From Naegleria gruberi (taxonomy: Eukaryota): 64,000 nucleotides of DNA. Each line of letters begins with the position of its first letter. Positions within the stretch are counted from its first letter, which is position 1. Where the stretch lies: assembly GCA_000004985.1 (NCBI GenBank), contig GG738848.1; one strand, 5' to 3'. The notes beneath the pieces were generated by a model. It worked only from the letters and a program-made list of their open reading frames with translations. It was not told the DNA's origin and searched no databases. The position numbers were made by a program, and so were the translations under genes. Shown here one piece after another: positions 10,052 through 19,434 of the stretch.

Positions 10052-10309
10052 TTACAAGTCACAAACACTATTCAACTTCAATTCGACTCTTCTCTTTTTC
10101 CAAGCTGAACTCAAATAGTCTTTGATCTTGTCCTTGATTTCACTGAAGAGACACCCATTTTGAAAAGTCAAGCAAATATCCTCTACCAACTGAATGTCAA
10201 GGTGTTCTCCTTCATTGATTTTATCTGAAATAACAACCTCTTCAAATCTAATCTTGGCTCCAACACCATCTACAGAAAGCACTTTTATTGGGAAAGAAGA
10301 ATTTCTAAA
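10052..10309 (-). CDS. Probable 3'-terminal exon of an unresolved spliced gene (hypothetical protein)
   Basis: The frame is open from the stop at 10052 up to 10309 without any ATG (...FRNSSFPIKVLSVDGVGAKIRFEEVVISDK...). It is preceded on the coding strand by a tttag acceptor. The upstream exon(s) could not be identified. Confidence 0.25.
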   Translation of the reverse strand, partial: FRNSSFPIKVLSVDGVGAKIRFEEVVISDKINEGEHLDIQLVEDICLTFQNGCLFSEIKDKIKDYLSSAWKKRRVELKLNSVCDL

Positions 10310-11445
10310 TTAAGAAGTCTATCATTTATGAAACATTAAAAATGAATCAACAAGACGTTAAGAAGAAAAACATTCAATACACAAAAACATACAGAGAACG
10401 AAAACGTATCAAGAAGGTTGTAAAAGAGACTATGAAGATATTAGCAAAAATGTAACAAAGGAACAATTATTAACTGGAAATTTGAAATTGGAAATAGATG
10501 AATCAAATTTGAAATCTGGACAACAAGAAGTAATTTTTCATGAGCAAGTGAGTTTCAGTTTTGGAGAATTGGGAGGATTTGATTTAAATGACAATAGTAG
10601 TAGTATTGTTGACGAATCAACAATGTATAAGGGGTAGGCGGTGAATGTTGTTACAGCAATAACAATTATTCTCTTTATTATTGTATTTTGCGAGATTGCA
10701 ACATCAAAGATTGGATTGTTATTGAAATTATTAGGAGAATTGCTTTCCAAAGATCATTTATTATGTAAAACTAAAGATGCTCTGTTGAAATATGTGCTCA
10801 ACTTTGGCAAAATGGCAAAGGTATTTAATTCTACGACTAATCGATAAGAATCATGTAAGTATTTAAATTAATTAATTTATTGATATCTTTAGGATTTCCG
10901 TATTAATACATCCCTTTCAGATTTGGTGGTCAAGACTGTTTCAGGGAACATTGCTAGTGTCAAATCAATGGATTTTTCACTTAAATCAATCTCAATATGC
11001 TTTTACTAGCAGTGGAAAGTAAGTGGTTTCATGGCTAAATTGCAACTAATATTTTAGAAGTGTAATAATCACAAGTTTTATTGAGAAGAACAATACTGTA
11101 TTTGCTATTTTGGATAATTATGTGGATGGGAAATTTACTCACACTTTCACGGAGCCAATTACTAACCTCAAAGACCTCACATTTTCATTTGTTGATTCAT
11201 TTGGTCTTGGTCATTTTTCCAACCATTCCATTCTGCTAAGTTGACTCTTAATAAAAGTTTAGGTTATGATTGTAAAAAATTCAAGTCCTCAATTTATTGC
11301 AAATCAACCCCTCACTTTTTCAAAAAGCCAGGTCTGGATTTGATAAAAACCACTGTTCAGATAGTGGTACCTGATTTTACCCCTCGATTTTTTGCAAACT
11401 ACCACTTATTTCCGTCATTAGGGAATTTTGATATTTTAGAAAAAA

Positions 11446-12672
11446 ATGAGCAAACGAAATAGACAAGATTTTGAAAATTATCATCAATTTATTAATTCGG
11501 AGGAAATATTCACTAACAATTTTAATATTATGGAAGAGAAGGCAAAAAAGAGTGTGAAATTCCAACAAGAAATATTTTCAGATGATGTTTGTTTTGAAAT
11601 AATTTCCATGATTGATGATTCATGGTTTATTTTAAATAATTGTTGTTTAATTTCAAAACAATTCTTTAATGTGATCAAGGAACGTTCAAAACTTGTTATT
11701 CAATTTAACAAAAAATTTACAAAGAAACGAGTTCAATTATTCATGAAAAGTCAATTCATGAATAGTATTGTTAATCTTAAAGTTTCTCGCCGGTTACTTG
11801 ACTCTTTAGAACAACCCAAATTCATAAGTGAAATGAAACAATTAACATCACTTAATATTTCTGACAATCAAATTGGCTTAGAAGGAGCCAAATACATCAG
11901 TGAAATGACACAATTAACATCACTTGATATTAGTGTAAATCGAATTGGTGTTGAAGGAGCTAAATTCATAAGTGAAATGAAACAATTAACATCACTTGAT
12001 ATTAGTGTAAATCGAATTGGTGTTGAAGGAGTTAAATTCATAAGCGAAATGAAACAATTAACATCACTTGATATTTCTGACAATCAAATTGGCTTAGAAG
12101 GATCCAAATACATCAGTGAAATGACACAATTAACATCACTTGATATTAGTGTAAATCGAATTGGTGTTGAAGGAGCTAAATTCATAAGTGAAATGAAACA
12201 ATTAACATCACTTAATATTAGTGTAAATCGAATTGGTGTTGAAGGAGTTAAATTCATAAGTGAAATGAAACAATTAACATCACTTGATATTTCTGACAAT
12301 CAAATTGGCTTAGGAGCCAAATACATAAGTGAAATGACACAATTAACATCACTTGATATTTCTGTAAATCGAATTGGTGATGAAGGAGCTAAATTCATAA
12401 GTGAAATGAAACAATTAACATCACTTGATATTTGTGACAATCAAATTGGTGTTGAAGGAGCCAAATTCATAAGCGAAATGACACAATTAACATCACTTGT
12501 TATTACTAGCAATCGAATTGGTGTTGAAGGAGCTAAATTCATAAGTGAAATGAAACAATTAACATCACTTGATATTTCTGGCAATCGAATTGGTGATGAA
12601 GGAGTTAAATTCATAAGTGAAATGAAACAATTAACATCACTTAATATTAGTGTAAATCGAATTGGTGGATGA
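11446..12672 (+). CDS. F-box-like / LRR protein, paralog of 2999..4240
   Basis: 408-aa ORF with the same F-box-like N-terminus and 72-bp LRR units (ISEMKQLTSLDISVNRIGVEGAKF). The stop TGA arises within a repeat unit (attggtgGatgaagg versus the canonical attggtgatgaagg). Confidence 0.65.
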   Translation: MSKRNRQDFENYHQFINSEEIFTNNFNIMEEKAKKSVKFQQEIFSDDVCFEIISMIDDSWFILNNCCLISKQFFNVIKERSKLVIQFNKKFTKKRVQLFMKSQFMNSIVNLKVSRRLLDSLEQPKFISEMKQLTSLNISDNQIGLEGAKYISEMTQLTSLDISVNRIGVEGAKFISEMKQLTSLDISVNRIGVEGVKFISEMKQLTSLDISDNQIGLEGSKYISEMTQLTSLDISVNRIGVEGAKFISEMKQLTSLNISVNRIGVEGVKFISEMKQLTSLDISDNQIGLGAKYISEMTQLTSLDISVNRIGDEGAKFISEMKQLTSLDICDNQIGVEGAKFISEMTQLTSLVITSNRIGVEGAKFISEMKQLTSLDISGNRIGDEGVKFISEMKQLTSLNISVNRIGG

Positions 12673-13137
12673 AGGAGTTAAATTCATAAGTGAAATGAAA
12701 CAATTAACATCACTTAATATTTCTGACAATCAAATTGGCGTAGAAGGAGCCAAATACCTCAGTGAAATGACACAATTAACATCACTTGATATTTCTGACA
12801 ATCAAATTGGCTTAGAAGGAGCCAAATACATAAGTGAAATGAAACAATTAACATCACTTGATATTTCTGCAATCGAATTGGTGATGAAGGAGCTAAATTC
12901 ATAAGCGAAATGAAACAATTAACATCACTTAATATTAGTGTAAATCGAATTGGTGGAGAAGGAGCCAAATACATCAGTGAAATGAAACAATTAACATCAC
13001 TTAATATTATGACAATCGAAATTGGTGACAAGGAGCCAAATACATAAGTGAAATGAAACAATTAACATCACTTCATATTACTAGCAATCAAATTGGCGTA
13101 GAAGGAGCCAAATACATAAGTGAAATGAAACAATTAT
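12673..13137 (+). pseudogene. Out-of-frame degenerate LRR repeat units (~6.5 x 72 bp) trailing the F-box/LRR gene
   Basis: Repeat units remain recognisable but carry several 1-3 nt indels (12662-12672, ~12870, ~13010) that break the frame. Either a decayed part of the array or assembly errors in a repetitive stretch. Confidence 0.5.
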
Positions 13138-13671
13138 TGTAGTTTAATAAAACTATTTTTTGATTGATTGAGATGGAAAATAATAGATTTAATAGAATCG
13201 ATCCATATCTAGAAACCTCATTGAACTGAGCTTGAAACTTTGGCTTTGATTTCTTTTGTTTCATTAAGCTTAGAAATAGTTTTTTCAAATTGCTTCTTTT
13301 ACCTTCTTGAATCATCCCTTGGTTGGATGTCATTACAGGGAGTGCCTTAGCAATCACCTTATCGGTATTACCTAGTTGGCATCAGTGGCGATGGCATCGA
13401 TAGGTTTAATTAAATTTGAAAGTGGTTGAATTTTCCTTACAATTTCGACCTCTAGATTTGTTTATCCAGGGCTATCATCCTCGTTCTAAGAAATCAAAGT
13501 TTAGATGAACAGCCAAGCATAATATCAATTTTTACAAAATATGAAACTTGCCAATTTCGAAGGAATGGGTATTCTGATAATCTTCTATCTAGAATGAACC
13601 AATGACAAGAAAATACCTATTTATTGTTTCAATTAAACCAACATTAAACCAACTACTGGTTTGCAACTCAT

Positions 13672-15783
13672 TCAGGGAGGAACCAGAGTTGTTTGAGAAT
13701 GAACACTTGGAAATATAACATGCCACAAATATTTAAAGTCCAAAAAGAGAGTTTTCCAATTTAGAAGCATATTTTGAAATCGAATATTGTTGAGAAAGAC
13801 ATATGAATCCGTTTCACATGCCTCCAAACTGTGTGATATGAAATATTTCAGTAGAGGTGAAATTACGTATCGTGTGAATAGATTTGAAATATTTTGAGGA
13901 CGAAAGACTGCCTCTGCCAAGTAATCCACAAACCAAACATAGGAATAGGTATAGTGAAAGACAAGTTGAAGATTTCTACTAAACGTAAAGTTGAATGTGT
14001 AGGGAAGTGGATGTACGTGCTTTTGTCGATTCTTCTTCTTTTCCAATCGAGAAGCAACCAATGATTCATGCAATGCTAAACAAGATTCACACACCAGTGC
14101 AATTCCTCTTCCATAGTAAGGATTAAGTGAGGCAACAGCATCACCCAGAGCGAGGAATCCCTCTACAATTGATTTCTTACCTCTCTTATTGGTAAGAGAA
14201 GGCAAAGTATCCCAATGATTGAACAAGACATAATCTCTCCTGTAAATACTCCAATCCATAACTGGTGGTTCTCCCTCTCCCACAAACTTGGTAAAACACT
14301 CCTCACATACTTTGAAAGCACTTGGAATTTCTTGCTTGATGAATTGGAGAACTGCATCTTTGGATTTTAGGTTTTTGGCCTTTTCAAATGTTCCCAATTT
14401 ACTGACAATAAACATGGCAAGATTATTTTCAATTCTATAGACCATTACTCGTTCAGTTTTGGGAAATTCATTACTATAGACCGTTAGCCATTGAGGTTTC
14501 TTTTCTCTCATGTAGAAACCCTCAGAGAGACATTCTGGCTTGATCTTGAATATTGCCATTACGTTTGTGATTTGAGACTTCTTTTTGGTTTTCTTCATTG
14601 GTTTGGCACGGTGATCAATTTCTGCCACCTCATTCAAAATCCACTCTGGTGTCTTGGTATAAACACCACTGCAATCAATGACCAAGCTGGCATCAAGTGT
14701 GCTTGTCTTTCCATCTATTGAAGGATGTCCACCTATGGCATCAAACTTGTTCTCTCCACTAATCTGTACTCCTACAGCTCTGTGAACGATATTTCCCAAA
14801 TATGTGGGTGAATTAGATTGTTGTTGAGAGCTCGAACTCGATGTATCTGAAATGGTATTATGATCTGGAATTTCACTATACGTTGCAGAGAAAATCTTCT
14901 TGGTAATACTGTCATATGAACTAAAGTGTTCCTCATGATATCGTTCCCAGAGAATATCCTTCACCTCTGTCTTTTCCAATACTATAATATTTTTCAAGTT
15001 TTTTACATAATCTCTGAGCCAACTTTCCAAAAAGGTCCTCGACATCATAATCATGTTGGGAAAGTTCAATAAATTAAGTGGTACTCTCGGTTTACCATTT
15101 GTTCTATAATCAGCCATATCAATACTCAATTCAAAGGCACCTTCTTCGACCATACTCTCAGTGAATGATTTTTCATTCTTGGTCAATAACTTGTCTAACA
15201 ATTGGATACATTTCATCAATAGGATATGAGTCTGATGTCCGTGAGCCACCATCGTATGCCCAGGAACCATCTCCTTCTGTTCCACAATATAAACCTGATC
15301 AAAGTGATGTGAGAGAACACACCCAGACAACAACCCAGATATAGAACCACCAATAATTACACAACTTTTACCAGCTTTGGGTATGTGCTTCTTTTCCAAT
15401 TGTTCAATTTCCTTCTCCAATGTCAAATCAGAGTGTTGCTTAATCTCCAAGAATGGAACTATAAACTTTTTAAATAACTTTACAATAATCGCCTTTAAAA
15501 TAAATACTAGAATAAAAATAAATAAATAATACACCAATAAGTCAATACTATTACAAGATATATTTGAGGATTTGCAAAAATCTTCCTTCCAATCCCTCAC
15601 TCGATCCTTATAAATCACAGTTTGATTCATCACCAAATGTGTCCAATTCTTTAAAGTTTCCCAATCATTCCGATGTTGTTGTTGATGATTCGTATGTTTT
15701 ATCTGATGTTGATTATGATGACTATTCATCACTGATGATGATGATGCCTGTGATGATGGATTACTCCTCAAACTTCCCGTCAT
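13672..15783 (-). CDS. Membrane-anchored FAD-dependent monooxygenase/oxidoreductase-like protein
   Basis: 703-aa ORF. His/Gln-rich N-terminus, one TM (LLVYYLFIFILVFILKAIIVKLF), a dinucleotide-binding motif CVIIGGSISGLLSG (GxGxxG) followed by ...VYIVEQ, and a C-terminal LGDAVASLNPYYGRGIAL segment matching the GD-x-ahxxP-xxGxG motif of flavoprotein monooxygenases. Confidence 0.6.
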   Translation of the reverse strand: MTGSLRSNPSSQASSSSVMNSHHNQHQIKHTNHQQQHRNDWETLKNWTHLVMNQTVIYKDRVRDWKEDFCKSSNISCNSIDLLVYYLFIFILVFILKAIIVKLFKKFIVPFLEIKQHSDLTLEKEIEQLEKKHIPKAGKSCVIIGGSISGLLSGCVLSHHFDQVYIVEQKEMVPGHTMVAHGHQTHILLMKCIQLLDKLLTKNEKSFTESMVEEGAFELSIDMADYRTNGKPRVPLNLLNFPNMIMMSRTFLESWLRDYVKNLKNIIVLEKTEVKDILWERYHEEHFSSYDSITKKIFSATYSEIPDHNTISDTSSSSSQQQSNSPTYLGNIVHRAVGVQISGENKFDAIGGHPSIDGKTSTLDASLVIDCSGVYTKTPEWILNEVAEIDHRAKPMKKTKKKSQITNVMAIFKIKPECLSEGFYMREKKPQWLTVYSNEFPKTERVMVYRIENNLAMFIVSKLGTFEKAKNLKSKDAVLQFIKQEIPSAFKVCEECFTKFVGEGEPPVMDWSIYRRDYVLFNHWDTLPSLTNKRGKKSIVEGFLALGDAVASLNPYYGRGIALVCESCLALHESLVASRLEKKKNRQKHVHPLPYTFNFTFSRNLQLVFHYTYSYVWFVDYLAEAVFRPQNISNLFTRYVISPLLKYFISHSLEACETDSYVFLNNIRFQNMLLNWKTLFLDFKYLWHVIFPSVHSQTTLVPP

Positions 15784-16331
15784 TTTTGTATATTATTTAC
15801 AACAACAATATTAAATAATTTAAATAATTTAAATAAATTGATGATCATTATCATAATTCTCAAAATCGAGAGCAGTAAATATTAATTTGCTGTTGATGAT
15901 CAGAAAAAGTCGCGTTAAGGAAAAACTGAGCAAACAAGTGTTGTTATTTTTTTTGATTTGTTTTTGTGGCCCTAAAAAGGAAAATTAGCTGGAATAGATC
16001 AACCCAAATATGGTACTTTCATTTTACTGTAAAAATCTGAGAAAAATATTCTTTAATTTCAAAATTGCATTGCTAAAAGTTGAATAGATGAAACTAAACT
16101 CTGATTCTGATAAAGTGCTAATATTATTAATTTTGGAAATTAGTAAGTTTTGAGATTTTCTTTTTAGAGCTCTTCCACCTGCAAGAATATATATCTGGCA
16201 GTGTGTACCAGGATCCTCTGTGGTTGTAATTTGTTTCTATTGTAATTTGCTCACGTTATAGAGAATCACGTTTCGAAATCCCTTTAAATTTGTCACACTG
16301 GTAAATTAAACTTGCTTATTCGAAACAAAAA

Positions 16332-17675
16332 ATGCTTTCTTTCGCCTTTAGAGTTTTTAAACCTTTAATTTATAGTGTAGTTGGACTTTTTCAACCTTCT
16401 GATCCTGCTGTATCTTCCTCCTATGTGAGATTGGCCAATACTCTATTCGAATTACATTTTAATTATATTGAGAATAAGAAACCAATTTCCAATTTCTTTA
16501 TAACTTGTGAGTTTGATGGTAAAACAGTGAGAAAGCAAGTATTACTAAAAGGTGATGGAAAACGTGATGGTGGTATCTATCATCATGCAGTTGAACTTCA
16601 TCCACAAAAGTTAATGTCCATTAAGGTGGAAACCGAAAGTGGAAGGTTGTTATTCGAAGCTCTAGATATTAATACCAACAGTTTCAAACAAGAAACTCTA
16701 ACATTAATGGAAATGTCTATTCCAGACAGAAAGCAAGAACTATTCGATTCTATTAAGGACAAATTAATTTCCATTTCCAAAAATGTAATCATTGGATCCA
16801 TGTCCATCACATTTAGTGGCAAATCATCCCTCCTCAACAATATCTTCAAAACACTTGGTTCCAAACATGTTCCATTCCCAGTAGGAAGCACAGAACAAGC
16901 AAGAGAAGCTTACAAACTATTTTATGGAAGTTATCCAAGTAATGATTATTTGTCGTCGTTCACCACTGAAATTCTCAAGAAAAATGTGGATGATGTTGAG
17001 GGAATGGAATCTCTTTGGATTTGGGATTTGCCTGGAATTTTCGAATTTACCACTGCCGGTCAAATGCCAACACTTTTGAGTTTGACAGATGACTTATTGA
17101 ACAAGTTATTTGTTACAAAGAATGGAATGATGAAATTGAATGGTAACCAAGAGGATAAAAAAGTCAATCGAGAAGAAGAAGAATTCTCACTGAAACCTCA
17201 AGCTTTAATTGTAACTCTTCCATTGGAGAATAGTTTCGCCTATAATTCCACAAGTGATAATAATATTGCGTTATATTTTGGAAGAATTTCTGGATTTCTA
17301 TCAAAGGAGCATAATGTGAAATCTGTTTATTGTTATACCAAGATAGACGAAACTTATATTTACCAGAATTACATTTCAAAGAATGTGGGAATTACTAGCA
17401 TGTTGGACGAAACTGATCCTACACCAGATCAAATGAAACTCAATTTACTCAAACAATTCCATGAATGGGATATTTTAGAAAGAAAGGATAATAATTTTCC
17501 AGATATGGTTAACAGTGATCATACAATTCCTTTTTTATCAATCAATTCCCCAACTAAGGAAATTGACAACTTTTTCCAAGTTCAATATTTGGAAGTGTTA
17601 AATCTGGCATTGGATAAATGTTTCCAGAAGAAATCATCCCTCTCATGTGAATCCATTTGCATTGTTAAAAAATAA
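16332..17675 (+). CDS. IIGP/IRG-family (immunity-related GTPase)-like protein with a non-canonical P-loop
   Basis: 447-aa ORF. Ordered motifs: NVIIGSMSITFSGKSSLLN (IIGP1 has NVAVTGETGSGKSSFIN), LWIWDLPGI (IIGP1 FWDLPGIG, G3) and YCYTKIDE (IIGP1 VRTKVDSD, G4). The first Gly of GxxxxGKS is displaced by a 2-residue insertion. Confidence 0.45.
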   Translation: MLSFAFRVFKPLIYSVVGLFQPSDPAVSSSYVRLANTLFELHFNYIENKKPISNFFITCEFDGKTVRKQVLLKGDGKRDGGIYHHAVELHPQKLMSIKVETESGRLLFEALDINTNSFKQETLTLMEMSIPDRKQELFDSIKDKLISISKNVIIGSMSITFSGKSSLLNNIFKTLGSKHVPFPVGSTEQAREAYKLFYGSYPSNDYLSSFTTEILKKNVDDVEGMESLWIWDLPGIFEFTTAGQMPTLLSLTDDLLNKLFVTKNGMMKLNGNQEDKKVNREEEEFSLKPQALIVTLPLENSFAYNSTSDNNIALYFGRISGFLSKEHNVKSVYCYTKIDETYIYQNYISKNVGITSMLDETDPTPDQMKLNLLKQFHEWDILERKDNNFPDMVNSDHTIPFLSINSPTKEIDNFFQVQYLEVLNLALDKCFQKKSSLSCESICIVKK

Positions 17676-17803
17676 GAAGAAGAAACATGACTAAAAGAAT
17701 AAACCTTTCATTTACTTAAGAGGAAACAAATCTTAATTATTTTAAACTATTTGAATTTGTAAATATTGTAAAGTTTTTGTAAAGTTTTTTGTAAACTTGA
17801 AAT

Positions 17804-18577
17804 TTATTCCTTTACAGATTTAAGCAATTTTGATGCACTCGCCAAAATTTCAAAATGATACCCATTTCTCGAAATATATGGAGAGTGTACAATGCGTTTC
17901 ATTTGTGCACCAACGAAAATGAAATCTTTTGGAGTCAAACTTTCAAGCGAATCTGGCGATCTTCCTGATATAAAAATGAAACTCTTTACAATAATCTTTC
18001 GTGTAAATCTTGGTGATTTTTCAACGTGATTGAAAATCGTTTCGTCAAGTTTGTCCATGTGGGGAATATTTTCATAGAATAAATTGTCAATTCTTGGGGA
18101 TTTGACAAGAGTTGGAGAATTAGGTGTGAATGAATTGTAATTTTCTTGAAATTTGTTTTCGAGAAGAGAATTGTTTTGATCTGGTTTTTTGGCAAAGTAT
18201 TTGCATGTTACTAATGTTGGCTGGATCAAAAATAGAATGCTTATCATTATCATTTGAAAGATTGACAACAAGATGATTGAGATATACGAAAGTGAAACTG
18301 AAACCAAGACGGCAAGAGATGATTTTTGAGAGAATGTCAATTTCTGGGTAGTACAATAACCCAAGGAAGTTAAAAATCTCAAATTGAACAAGAAAATTGA
18401 ACCAGCATCTTCGTGATGAAGAATTGTCAATAAGAGTTCCCACCAATTTCTATACGATACTCGACTATTGTCTGTAAAAAACAAAAGGAAGGGTAGAAAG
18501 TTTGCCAACAAGTAAATCCATCCATTTCTATCTTCCATAGCAAGCTCTTGGTGCATTCTGATTCTTTCGTAATTCAT
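17804..18577 (-). CDS. Multi-pass membrane protein (hypothetical). Start reassigned to the second Met (ORF as supplied runs to 18667)
   Basis: Five or six hydrophobic helices. The first 30 codons of the supplied ORF overlap three copies of the promoter motif AAACGTGAT and translate to repeated NHVS peptides. The internal Met at 18577 (MNYERIRMHQ...) is more plausible. Confidence 0.4.
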   Translation of the reverse strand: MNYERIRMHQELAMEDRNGWIYLLANFLPFLLFFTDNSRVSYRNWWELLLTILHHEDAGSIFLFNLRFLTSLGYCTTQKLTFSQKSSLAVLVSVSLSYISIILLSIFQMIMISILFLIQPTLVTCKYFAKKPDQNNSLLENKFQENYNSFTPNSPTLVKSPRIDNLFYENIPHMDKLDETIFNHVEKSPRFTRKIIVKSFIFISGRSPDSLESLTPKDFIFVGAQMKRIVHSPYISRNGYHFEILASASKLLKSVKE

Positions 18578-18589
18578 TTTTTTGTTATT

Positions 18590-18685
18590 CGAAACGTGAT
18601 TTTCCTCCTTACCAATCTTAACATTCCTTGAAACGTGATTTTTCAACAATCCTAAACAGACTGTCATCAGAAAACGTGATTAAAC
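18590..18685. promoter_or_regulatory. Three evenly spaced (~40 bp) copies of GAAACGTGATT in the shared upstream region of divergent genes 17804(-) and 18700(+)
   Basis: Copies at about 18591-18601, 18630-18640 and 18671-18681. The same motif occurs as a triplet at 27006-27085 and once at 16264-16275. Confidence 0.5.
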
Positions 18686-18699
18686 TTTAAAAAAAAACG

Positions 18700-19401
18700 A
18701 TGGGTAGATTAGTATATCTTGCAGCTGCAGGATTAGTTGGATATTTGCTTGGAACGAGACAAACTAATACTGACAGCCCAAGTTCACTTTCGAATAACTC
18801 GCCACAATCATTGATTGAGGTTTCTACAACAGACCCAGTTGTGGAATTTCAGCAATTGGCTGTGGTTTCTAATCCCAGTGATATTGAAGAAACATCATCT
18901 ACAGCTTTGGAAGTTATTCTAAACGATTCGTCTCCCAAATCCCTCACATGGTATAATACTGCACTCTATACTACAATTCTATTACTTTCATGTAAACTTG
19001 GAGTTTCGATTTATACCACACTGTTCACAACCTTCAGTATTCCAATGTCTTTGCAAGAACAGATTCGTATTCCAATTCTAATAACTAAAAACTATTCCTC
19101 TGAATGCTACAATCACTCTCTCCTTCTCAATCTACTCAATAGCAAAATGAAAGATTCTCGCTTCACATTTGAATTTTGCTCAGCTCCCGAAAAACCTCAT
19201 TTGAATTGTTGTTTCTATCTGGAAGATAGTAGAGATGTGAAAAGTCCATTCGACAAGTCAATTCTCTACATTGTGAATAGTAAAATAGCACAAGCAGTGA
19301 ATAGACCTCACATGTTCGTGTGTGCTCATTCGACCAATATTTTGGAATTGAAGAATATTCAGAATTTGATGGAATATTTGGAGATTAATTTTGTGGTATA
19401 G
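18700..19401 (+). CDS. Hypothetical protein
   Basis: 233-aa ORF. N-terminal hydrophobic segment (signal/anchor-like). No recognisable motifs. Confidence 0.4.
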   Translation: MGRLVYLAAAGLVGYLLGTRQTNTDSPSSLSNNSPQSLIEVSTTDPVVEFQQLAVVSNPSDIEETSSTALEVILNDSSPKSLTWYNTALYTTILLLSCKLGVSIYTTLFTTFSIPMSLQEQIRIPILITKNYSSECYNHSLLLNLLNSKMKDSRFTFEFCSAPEKPHLNCCFYLEDSRDVKSPFDKSILYIVNSKIAQAVNRPHMFVCAHSTNILELKNIQNLMEYLEINFVV

Positions 19402-19434
19402 ATATGGATTAGAATAAAAATATATAAAATTGGT

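Noticed and set aside
10538-10847. ORFs 10538..10750(-) and 10641..10847(+) as possible upstream exons of the orphan exon at 10052
   Set aside because: No donor site in phase with the downstream acceptor could be found, the compositions are poor, and they overlap each other.
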